A stretch of DNA of 64,000 nt from assembly GCA_963728915.1 (NCBI GenBank), contig CAVSLV010000004.1, positions 128,001 through 192,000 of the forward strand, written 5' to 3'. Of this stretch, positions 1 to 8,038 are shown piece after piece. Each line of letters opens with the position of its first letter. Positions within the stretch are counted from its first letter, which is position 1. The notes under the pieces were generated by a model. That model made no database searches, had not been told where the DNA came from, and was given only the letters and a program-made list of their open reading frames with translations. Position numbers and translations under genes: made by a program. Source of the DNA: an uncultured Gemmatimonadales bacterium. Its GTDB lineage: Bacteria > Gemmatimonadota > Gemmatimonadetes > Gemmatimonadales > GWC2-71-9.

Positions 1-1
1 G

Positions 2-517
2 TTCCGGATCGAGCACGCCCAGCACCTGCGCCAGGAGGACATTCCGCGATTCGCCGCCCTCGGCGTCATCCCGTCCATGCAGCCGTATCACGCCGCGGAC
101 GATGGGCGGTGGGCCTGGAAACGGATCGGCCCCGAGCTGATCAAGGGCACCTACGCCTTCCGCTCCCTGCTCGACAGCGGGGCCCACCTCACCTTCGGGA
201 GCGACTGGACCGTGGCGCCGCTCGATCCGCGGGTCGGGATTCAGGCGGCGGTGACCCGGCAGACCCTGGACGGGAAGAACCCCGACGGGTGGGTTCCCGA
301 GCAGAAGATCTCGGTCGAGGAGGCGCTCCGCTGCTATACCGCCAACAACGCGTATGCCATGTTCGCCGAGACCCGGCGCGGGGTGCTCAAGCCGGGATAC
401 CTCGCGGATATCGTCGTGCTCGATCGCGATCTCACCCGGATTCCTCCCACCGCGATCGATCAGGCCAAGGTGGTTGCCACGCTGGTCGGTGGGAAGCTGG
501 TGTACTCCAGGGACTAG
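2..517 (+). CDS. Amidohydrolase 3 (YtcJ-like), C-terminal part; 5' end outside the window
   Basis: Frame is open from base 2: [30 protein letters not shown] motifs typical of YtcJ-like amidohydrolases. Confidence 0.9.
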   Translation, partial: FRIEHAQHLRQEDIPRFAALGVIPSMQPYHAADDGRWAWKRIGPELIKGTYAFRSLLDSGAHLTFGSDWTVAPLDPRVGIQAAVTRQTLDGKNPDGWVPEQKISVEEALRCYTANNAYAMFAETRRGVLKPGYLADIVVLDRDLTRIPPTAIDQAKVVATLVGGKLVYSRD

Positions 518-612
518 GGACTGGAGGCTGGGGGCCAGGGTTTGAGGTTGGGGCCCCGCTTGCTACGTCTTAGTTTTGCCCTGGTCCCCAGTCCCTCGTC
601 CCTAGCCCCTGA
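509..612. repeat. Degenerate 7-nt tandem repeats (AGGGACT-like) arranged as a large inverted repeat
   Basis: agggactagggactgg (509-524) pairs with ccagtccctcgtccct (588-603); ctgggggccaggg (528-540) pairs with ccctggtccccag (579-591). Confidence 0.7.
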
Positions 613-616
613 GTCG

Positions 617-2743
617 ATGGCCACTCGCCCGGTCCAGTCTCGCGCGCCAAGCGCCCGCCTCGAGAAATCCGATCTGCTCGAGATGTACCGTCTGATGCTG
701 CTGTCACGCCGGGTCGACGACAAGGAGATCCAGCTCAAGCGGCAGAACCGGATCTTCTTCCAGATCTCCGGGGCGGGGCACGAGGCGGTTCTGGTGGCCG
801 CGGCCAAGCTGGTCCGGCCCGGCTCCGACTGGTTCTACCTCTACTATCGCGACCGGGCCCTCTGCCTGGGGCTCGGCATGACCCCCACCGAGCAGCTTCT
901 CTCCGCGGTGGGCGCCGCCGACGATCCCAACTCGGGCGGGCGCCAGATGCCCTCGCACTGGGGACACAAGGACCTGAACATCGTATCGTCGTCGAGCCCG
1001 ACGGGGACCCAGTTCCTTCAGGCCGCCGGCGCGGCGGAGGCGTGGCTCCGCTATCAGCAGGTCGAGGGCATCGCGGACCGGCGGGAACGCGCCGAAGAGG
1101 ACGAGCTGGTGCTGGTGACCGGCGGGGAGGGGACCACCAGCGAAGGCGAGTTCTGGGAGTCGCTCAATACCGCATGTAACCTCAAGCTCCCCCTGCTCTA
1201 TCTGATCGAAGACAACGGGTACGCGATTTCGGTTCCCAAGGAAGTCGGGATTGCGGGGGGATCGATCTCGAAGCTGGTCTCCGGATTTCCCAATCTGCTG
1301 GTGCTTGAAGTTGACGGCTGCGACCCACTCGCTTCCTACGATACCCTGAGCCGGGCGGTCGACCACGTGCGGGGCGGAAAAGGTCCCGCCTTCGTTCACG
1401 CTCACGTCATCCGCCCGTACAGTCATTCGCTTTCCGACGACGAGGTTCTCTACCGCGCCCCCACGGAACGGGCCCAGGATGCGGCCCGGGATCCCGTCGC
1501 CACCTTCCCCAAATACCTCGTTGAACAAGGGATCGCGAGCGAAGCCGAGCTGGAGCGAATCCGGAGCGAGGTCGACGAGGAGGTCGAGGTGGCGACCGAG
1601 ACGGCGCTCGCCTCCCCCCAGCCTTCGCCCGAAACGATCTTCCGGTTCGTCTACTCGCCCGATGTCGATCCCACCTCGGAGCAGTTCGACACCGAGGACG
1701 ACCCCCATTTCAGCGGGGAGCCGACCACGGTGGTCGATCTGCTCAATGTCTGTCTCAAGGAGGAGATGGCCCGGGACCCCCGGATCCTGGTTTTCGGGGA
1801 GGACGTCGCCGACGTCAGCCGGGAGAAATACCTCGGCGAGGTGAAGGGCAAAGGCGGCGTGTTCAAGGTCACCTGGGGGCTGCAGAAGCAGTTCGGCGCC
1901 CATCGGGTGTACAACTCGCCCCTCGCCGAAGCCAATATCATCGGCCGGGCGGTCGGCCTCGCGACCCGCGGATTGAAACCGGTGGTGGAGATCCAGTTCT
2001 TCGACTACATCTGGCCGGCCTACATGCAGCTCCGCAACGAGCTCGCGATCCTGCGCTGGCGCTCCAACAATGCCTTCAGCGCTCCGGTGGTAGTGCGGGT
2101 TACGTACGGAGGGTATCTGAAAGGCGGCGCGCCGTACCACTCCCAGACCGGTGCGATCGTCTTCACGTCGATCCCGGGACTGCGGGTGGTCTGTCCCGCG
2201 ACCGCGCTCGATGCCAACGGGTTGCTGCGCACCGCGATCCGGTGCGAAGACCCGGTGCTCTTCCTCGAGCACAAGCATCTCTACCGGCAGACCTACAACA
2301 AGGCGCCGAACCCGGGCCCCAACTTCATGATCCCGTTCGGCAAGGCCCGGGTGGTGCGTGAAGGCTCGATGCTCACGGTGGTGACCTACGGCGCTCTGGT
2401 CCAGCGAGCCCTGGTTGCGGCCAAAGAGCTGGAAGAGAAGACCGGGGCCCAGGTCGAGATCATCGACCTGCGTTCGCTCTCACCGGTGGACTGGGATGCC
2501 ATCAGCCGCTCGGTCCGGAAGACCAATCGGGTGATCGTGGCCTACGAGGATTCGCTGAGCTGGGGCTACGGCGCAGAGCTGGCCGCGCGGATCGGCGACG
2601 AGCTGTTTCCCTGGCTGGATGCGCCGATCAAACGGGTGGCCTCCGCCGACACCTTCGTGGCCTACGCCCCGGAGCTGGAAGACGTGATCCTGCCCCAGGT
2701 CGAGGACCTCCGCGGGGCGATGGAGGAAATGCTTCGCTGGTAA
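617..2743 (+). CDS. 2-oxoacid (probably branched-chain) dehydrogenase E1, fused alpha/beta subunit
   Basis: TPP motif GEG...EDNGYAIS and YSHSLSDD in the alpha part; GEDV, PLAEANI, EIQFFDY, FLEHK, IDLRSL in the beta part; ATG 617 preferred over TTG 542. Confidence 0.92.
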   Translation: MATRPVQSRAPSARLEKSDLLEMYRLMLLSRRVDDKEIQLKRQNRIFFQISGAGHEAVLVAAAKLVRPGSDWFYLYYRDRALCLGLGMTPTEQLLSAVGAADDPNSGGRQMPSHWGHKDLNIVSSSSPTGTQFLQAAGAAEAWLRYQQVEGIADRRERAEEDELVLVTGGEGTTSEGEFWESLNTACNLKLPLLYLIEDNGYAISVPKEVGIAGGSISKLVSGFPNLLVLEVDGCDPLASYDTLSRAVDHVRGGKGPAFVHAHVIRPYSHSLSDDEVLYRAPTERAQDAARDPVATFPKYLVEQGIASEAELERIRSEVDEEVEVATETALASPQPSPETIFRFVYSPDVDPTSEQFDTEDDPHFSGEPTTVVDLLNVCLKEEMARDPRILVFGEDVADVSREKYLGEVKGKGGVFKVTWGLQKQFGAHRVYNSPLAEANIIGRAVGLATRGLKPVVEIQFFDYIWPAYMQLRNELAILRWRSNNAFSAPVVVRVTYGGYLKGGAPYHSQTGAIVFTSIPGLRVVCPATALDANGLLRTAIRCEDPVLFLEHKHLYRQTYNKAPNPGPNFMIPFGKARVVREGSMLTVVTYGALVQRALVAAKELEEKTGAQVEIIDLRSLSPVDWDAISRSVRKTNRVIVAYEDSLSWGYGAELAARIGDELFPWLDAPIKRVASADTFVAYAPELEDVILPQVEDLRGAMEEMLRW

Positions 2744-2749
2744 GGCAGC

Positions 2750-3229
2750 TCAGGCGTCATCGTCGCCGCCGTTTCGCCGGCGGGACGGAATTCCTTCCAC
2801 GGTCAGGGTTCCCAGAGTCTCGTCGAGGGTCGCGGTCAGCCGGCTGAGCCCGCTGGTCCGCTGCCCACCGGTCCACACCCCGCTCGCACTCCAGGTCGCT
2901 CCGTGGTTGGGGCAGCGGAATCCCGAACCGCTCCTCCCCACGGTCGTCCCCGCGTGGGGGCAGATCAGAGAGAATACTGCATAGGTCGAAGTATCCATCC
3001 GGACCGCCGCCATCGGGGTCGTCGCTCCCGAGATCACCGCGATTCCGCCGATCGAGTCGAGCGCCGGATAATCCGCGAGCTGGATCGTCATGGTTCCGGT
3101 GCCGCTCGGCCCGCTCACGTTTCCGAACTCGATCCGGCCCCCGCAGGCCGCCAGGATCGCGCTCAGGGCCGCTGCCGCGCTTCGCTCCAGGAAGACCCGA
3201 CGGTCGCATCCTTCGTTGCATTCGCACAT
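2750..3229 (-). CDS. Rieske [2Fe-2S] protein with Tat-like signal, possibly a lipoprotein
   Basis: DRRVFL twin-arginine motif, LAAC lipobox-like, CPH...CPNH ligands. Confidence 0.85.
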   Translation of the reverse strand: MCECNEGCDRRVFLERSAAAALSAILAACGGRIEFGNVSGPSGTGTMTIQLADYPALDSIGGIAVISGATTPMAAVRMDTSTYAVFSLICPHAGTTVGRSGSGFRCPNHGATWSASGVWTGGQRTSGLSRLTATLDETLGTLTVEGIPSRRRNGGDDDA

Positions 3230-3246
3230 GATGCCCTCTCCGGCGC

Positions 3247-3747
3247 CTACAGTTTGACGACCGCACCCGCCCAGCCGGCAGGATCCTGGTCGCTCTCGTA
3301 CACCCGATCGACATCCACCAGGATCTGCTTACCGTCGGAGCGGACGGGGAGCCGGTCCATGTTCCGGGTCGCCCGCCCCGAGATGAAGGTGCCGTCCGGC
3401 TGATAGCGGGATTTGTGCTTGGGGCACTGATAGCCAGTGGCGTCGTCGATCCATCGCAGCGCCGTATTCTGGTGGGGACACGACAGGGCGAAGGCGTACA
3501 CGGAGCCCTGATGGCGGGCGAGAATCACCTGGTTCTGCTTGTCGATCGTGGCGCCATCGCCGGCTGGAACCGGATAACCGACTTCCGAGCCGACGCCCGG
3601 CTTGCCGACGGCTTCGGCGAATACCATACCCGAAAGGGTGCGGGGCAACACCCCGAGAGAAGCAAGCGCGGCTGCCGCTTCAGCCAGAAACGCGCGCCGG
3701 GTCGATATCGGGCAGTGCCCGCAGGGAGAATCCGGGGATGCGGTCAT
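3247..3747 (-). CDS. Rieske [2Fe-2S] protein with Tat signal
   Basis: TRRAFL, CPH...CPKH ligands. Confidence 0.85.
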   Translation of the reverse strand: MTASPDSPCGHCPISTRRAFLAEAAAALASLGVLPRTLSGMVFAEAVGKPGVGSEVGYPVPAGDGATIDKQNQVILARHQGSVYAFALSCPHQNTALRWIDDATGYQCPKHKSRYQPDGTFISGRATRNMDRLPVRSDGKQILVDVDRVYESDQDPAGWAGAVVKL

Positions 3748-4391
3748 TTGAAGAAGAGCATGAGGCCCCAGCTGGATACCGCGACCCCCATCGAGACCAG
3801 GGCGACGTCACGATGGAGCCGGCGCTTGGAGTCGGACTCACGGGCGTCGTGCGCCAGCACCAGGCCGGTATAGGCAAAGCCCGCATCCGCAGCGATGAAC
3901 ATGAGGGAGTGAATCCACCGCTTGGTTCGTCCCGCGGGGTCTTTCCTGCTGTCCCACAGGTTCCACAGCCCGGTGACCGTGTTGACCGTGAAAAGCACCG
4001 CGGTGGCGGTGGCGAACGGCCGGTGCCAATTGAGCGCCCAATCCGGCGCGTCGCTTCCATGCTTGAGCACCTGATCGCCGGTGACATAGGTGCCGATGAA
4101 TACGGGAATCATGGCAAAGCTCAGATACCGGTGGATCTTGAGCCGGACGTTGTAGAAGCCGCTGTACTCGACCGCCCGGGTGCGCCTTCTGGTCCGAGCG
4201 GTGTCCTGACTCGATTCGGTCGCGTCCCGCAGGGCCTGCCAATCGATCGCCCCGGAACCGACCATGATGCCCGGACCCGCCTGGGTCACTGCAGCCGCGA
4301 GTGGCACGGCCACGCTCTCGGACGATGGCGCCGGGTCCGATCCGGTGAGCGCGGGAATGAGCCGGGCGACAGTCAGGATACCCGCTTGCAC
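3744..4391 (-). CDS. Hypothetical 4-TM membrane protein with four His, possible heme b binder
   Basis: Four hydrophobic helices each preceded by His (KIHR, WHRP, WIHS, LHRD); stop overlaps the start of the Rieske gene. Confidence 0.7.
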   Translation of the reverse strand: MQAGILTVARLIPALTGSDPAPSSESVAVPLAAAVTQAGPGIMVGSGAIDWQALRDATESSQDTARTRRRTRAVEYSGFYNVRLKIHRYLSFAMIPVFIGTYVTGDQVLKHGSDAPDWALNWHRPFATATAVLFTVNTVTGLWNLWDSRKDPAGRTKRWIHSLMFIAADAGFAYTGLVLAHDARESDSKRRLHRDVALVSMGVAVSSWGLMLFFK

Positions 4392-4400
4392 AGGAATGCC

Positions 4401-4913
4401 TCAGAGCGAGAGGAGAGCGGTGCCCAGAAAGAGGGCGCCGAACCAGAGCAGGAAACTCAACTGGGCGGACCGCCGGAGCCTGATCCAGCCCTTGCCATCG
4501 TGCGGCGCTCCCCGGCGCATCCCGGTTTCGGTGGCCCGCAGGCGAGCCCCGTTGAGCAGGAGAAGCACAATGACGGTCATCTTGATCCAGAATAGAGGCG
4601 CCGGGAGATACACCTTCAGATCGGCGGCGAACATCAGGAGCCCGCTCAGCAGGGCAATGAGGAGGCCGATAAGCACCGGGCGGTGAATCGCGTGCAGCTC
4701 GTTCAGGTGATTCACCGAATGCTCTTCGGGATCCCGGGAAATCCTGATTGTCATCCGGTCAGCCGCGATGGCAAATCCCCCGCCCAGGAGGACTCCGCCA
4801 AGATGAAGGAATGTTACTCCGCTGGAGACCGCGTTCGAATCGGCATACAGGCGGGCCCAGGATTCAATCAGACGGTTGAGCCAGATGACGGAAAGCATGC
4901 TGGGAGGAGACAC
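4401..4913 (-). CDS. Hypothetical 4-TM membrane protein (DUF6644/DUF2214-like)
   Basis: FLHLGGV..GG..I..DR, SGLLMF, FWIKM..LL.NG pattern; GGAGG upstream. Confidence 0.7.
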   Translation of the reverse strand: MSPPSMLSVIWLNRLIESWARLYADSNAVSSGVTFLHLGGVLLGGGFAIAADRMTIRISRDPEEHSVNHLNELHAIHRPVLIGLLIALLSGLLMFAADLKVYLPAPLFWIKMTVIVLLLLNGARLRATETGMRRGAPHDGKGWIRLRRSAQLSFLLWFGALFLGTALLSL

Positions 4914-4944
4914 ACAAACAGGAGGACACCCTTTCCGGGGACGG

Positions 4945-5799
4945 CTATCGCTTCCGGCAGATCATCAGCTCGGTGGTGGGACTTTCCTCCACCCGGCGCA
5001 CCAGCCTGCGCTCGATCGGATAGAGAGCTTTTCCGACTATCCATCCCAGCGGCTCCGCGAGCATCGCCGGAGACACCATCGCGGTCCAGGCCCAGCGCAA
5101 CATGCGCCAGCGGGTATCGGCCGGGTAGTTCATGATCACGAACATCGGGACCCGGCCGAGAATCTCGAATCCGGCCTGTTCCACGCGGCGGACGCTCTCG
5201 TCGTAGGAACGGCTGACCTGGTGAGCCACGCGATGGGCCCGATGGTGCACGAAGTTGTCGGACCACAGCAACCATCCGCCGCGCCGGAGCAGGGCCGCGA
5301 TGTTCACGAAGGCGCGGGCATACGAAGCGTCGTCCATGATATGGAACAACACGTCGAATGCCGAAACCGCGTGGAAGGACCCGGGCCGCAAGGGGATCCC
5401 CTCGAGCACCCCGCCGATATCGGCCCGGAGCACCCGGGCGCCGGGGAATCGCTGACTGAGTCCGTCGACCGCCGTCTCGGTGAAGTCCATCCCGATGACG
5501 TTGGCCCGCCAGCGGATCCAGCGCTCCATGTAGAAACCGGTGCCGGCTCCCACATCGATGACGTCCGCGCCGCCCCACCCTTCCCGCCCCCCGCCCCACG
5601 ATCCCCACTGCCCGTCGGCGATTTCCGCGAGCACCCGGTCGAACACCTCGCCCCGGATCCGGTACATCCACTCGTTGTACCGGCGACCCAGACGCAGGTA
5701 ACCCACCCCGGCGAGTGAGTAATTCTCCCGGAGCCGCTGCTCCCAGTATTCTCCGCTATGAAACGGTGACGAGCTCAGGGGAGATCCGGGATCATCCAA
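4945..5799 (-). CDS. Class I SAM-dependent methyltransferase
   Basis: VIDVGAGTG motif I, GMDF, RADI, FDVLFHI, LRRGG. Confidence 0.85.
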   Translation of the reverse strand: MDDPGSPLSSSPFHSGEYWEQRLRENYSLAGVGYLRLGRRYNEWMYRIRGEVFDRVLAEIADGQWGSWGGGREGWGGADVIDVGAGTGFYMERWIRWRANVIGMDFTETAVDGLSQRFPGARVLRADIGGVLEGIPLRPGSFHAVSAFDVLFHIMDDASYARAFVNIAALLRRGGWLLWSDNFVHHRAHRVAHQVSRSYDESVRRVEQAGFEILGRVPMFVIMNYPADTRWRMLRWAWTAMVSPAMLAEPLGWIVGKALYPIERRLVRRVEESPTTELMICRKR

Positions 5800-7687
5800 T
5801 GGCCTCTTTGACCTCGCTTGCGGCGGCGATGGCGTGATCCACGTCCCGGGAGATCGCCCGGGCCTGCTGAGTGGCGGTGGTGAGATCGCTCAATACCGCG
5901 CCCACTCCGGCGGACTTGAGCCGCAGCATGTCGAATCGGAGATTCTGCATCGCCAGCACGCTCGACTCGAGGCGCGCCTCGATCCGATTCCGACGCTCGG
6001 CGAGCTCGGTCGCGGTTTTGAGCTGGCGCTCCAGGATGCCGATCTGGCGCTCCCGCTCCGGCCCGTCGGGCTGAAGGGTGAGGAGCTCGAGTCGCTGCCT
6101 GATCCGATCCGGGGTCTCGTGCCCGAACGTGCTGTCCAGCTCGTGCAGTGCGCGGGCCAGCTCGCAGGCCCGCTGGTACAGCTCCTCGGTGGTCTCGGTG
6201 ATCTCGGCCGGCAGCATCTGACGGTCGGCCGCCGGGAGCTGCTGCATCAGCGAGAGAATCATTTTCCGATCCCGATAGGCCGCATCGACCCGATCCAGGA
6301 ACGGACCATACTCATCGGCCCTCGGCGCCCCGACCATCTTCCGTCCCTTGGCGCCTGGGATAGCGATGGCGTCGGCCGCGCGCGGCGGATTGAGCACATC
6401 ACGCCAGCTGTATCCGGCCTGCCAGAGACGGGAGTAGTTGCGCAGCAATCCGATCGCCATGCCGGCAGCGGGGAAGAGGAACCAGGGTGAGCCGATGCCG
6501 GTCGCGAGGTTCAGCAGGAAAAGGCCCAGGGTTGTCGCTGCCCAGCGGGCGAACTGCCCTCGGACCTTCTGAACGATTGCCGGTTCGCCGGTGTCCGGAA
6601 CCGGGGGGGAGCCGGGATCGGCCCGGACCCACTCGCCGCGCTCGTTCTTCCGCCACTCGCCCCCACCTCGCTTCTCCATTCCGGCGGGAGGACGCGCGGC
6701 GGGAAGGGGACGTCGTCCCGGCGAAAGCGGGGTTCGGTTATTGATCCGCCGACCCGTCGAGTCGATGGGCCGGCGGCTCCGGGCCTGAATACTTCGATGG
6801 GTCGGCGTGTATCCGACCACGGTCCGGCTTTCCAGCGCCCGGCGCAGTGAATCGGCGGTGGGCCACCGATTTTCTGGATCCTTCTCGAGGCACCGGGCGA
6901 TCGCCAGAGAGAGATCCTCGGGAACGCTCGATCCGGACTCGTGGAGAATCGGCGCGGGCTCGGTAATCTGCTTCATCAGGATCCCGGCGACGGTCGGAGC
7001 GTTGAACGGGACCTGCCCGCAGGACATCTGGTAGGCGACCACGCCGAGGGAATACACATCGGAACGGCCGTCGATCTCCCGCTCTCCGGCGGCTTGCTCG
7101 GGGCTCATGTATTGCGGAGTGCCGATCGCGACACCCACCCCGGTCAGGGTGGACCCGGAGGCCTGCGACACCGCCTTGGCGATTCCGAAGTCGGTGACCA
7201 TCACCCGCCCGCGGGTCCCCTCGAGCAGAATGTTGTCCGGCTTGATATCGCGATGGATGATGGAGACCGCGTGGGCGGCAGAGAGCGCGTCGGCCGTTTC
7301 CTTCATGATGCGGCGCACCTCGTCGGAGGGGAGCTTGCCGCGGCGCTTGAGCCGCGCGCCGAGGGACTCTCCTTCCACCAGACCCATGATGAAGTAGACC
7401 ACGCCGGCGCCTTCGCCGACGTCATGGATGGGGACGATATGCGGATGGGACAGCCGGGCGGCGGTCTGGGCTTCCCGGGTAAATCGCTCCCGAATCTCCT
7501 TTTGAAAGGCCAGCTCGGGAGGAAGCACCTTGATGGCAATCCGCCGGTGCAGCCGTTCATCGCGCGCGCGATACACGACCCCCATCCCACCGCGGCCGAT
7601 TTCGCCCTCGATGGTGTACTCCTTCCCCAGAGCCTCTTTGAGGCGCTGGATCAAGGGGCGCTCGTCGCTGTTGAATGGAACGGTCAT
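5792..7687 (-). CDS. Hanks-type Ser/Thr protein kinase with 2TM-like segment and helical C-terminal domain
   Basis: GRGGMG, AIK, HRDIKPDN, DFG, GTPQYMSPE. Confidence 0.93.
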   Translation of the reverse strand: MTVPFNSDERPLIQRLKEALGKEYTIEGEIGRGGMGVVYRARDERLHRRIAIKVLPPELAFQKEIRERFTREAQTAARLSHPHIVPIHDVGEGAGVVYFIMGLVEGESLGARLKRRGKLPSDEVRRIMKETADALSAAHAVSIIHRDIKPDNILLEGTRGRVMVTDFGIAKAVSQASGSTLTGVGVAIGTPQYMSPEQAAGEREIDGRSDVYSLGVVAYQMSCGQVPFNAPTVAGILMKQITEPAPILHESGSSVPEDLSLAIARCLEKDPENRWPTADSLRRALESRTVVGYTPTHRSIQARSRRPIDSTGRRINNRTPLSPGRRPLPAARPPAGMEKRGGGEWRKNERGEWVRADPGSPPVPDTGEPAIVQKVRGQFARWAATTLGLFLLNLATGIGSPWFLFPAAGMAIGLLRNYSRLWQAGYSWRDVLNPPRAADAIAIPGAKGRKMVGAPRADEYGPFLDRVDAAYRDRKMILSLMQQLPAADRQMLPAEITETTEELYQRACELARALHELDSTFGHETPDRIRQRLELLTLQPDGPERERQIGILERQLKTATELAERRNRIEARLESSVLAMQNLRFDMLRLKSAGVGAVLSDLTTATQQARAISRDVDHAIAAASEVKEAIG

Positions 7688-7802
7688 CCGCTCCCGGGGA
7701 ATTCGTGCGAAACGTCGGGATCACAAGAGCTTACCAATTTGGCGCTTTCCGGTCGCGCGGGCAACGTTGACGGACGGTGGAAAGGCCCGCGAGGTTCCAT
7801 CC

Positions 7803-7979
7803 GGTTCCCGGGAGCAGCACCTGGGGCCCGCGTACCTGCCATCCATGCGCGTTCCGCCCTTTTGGCGGTAGCAAATGAGCTCAGCCGAGCCTCTCCTCAC
7901 TGCGGGGTGGAGGTAAGTCCAAGACGCACCGGAAGGTAGGGGAATCGGGGAGATGGCCTGGAGCCTGCACCAGGGAGCC
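7803..7979 (+). ncRNA. Candidate structured ncRNA or lon leader (long rod with internal bubble)
   Basis: Nested pairings ggttccc/gggagcc, gcag/ctgc, ggcc/ggcc, tacct/aggta; TTGACG at 7767-7772 places a start near 7802. Confidence 0.4.
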
Positions 7980-8038
7980 TGAATCCTCGTCCTCACGGAC
8001 CGATTGGCGGTTCCCGTAGGATGCTGAAAGGAATAACG

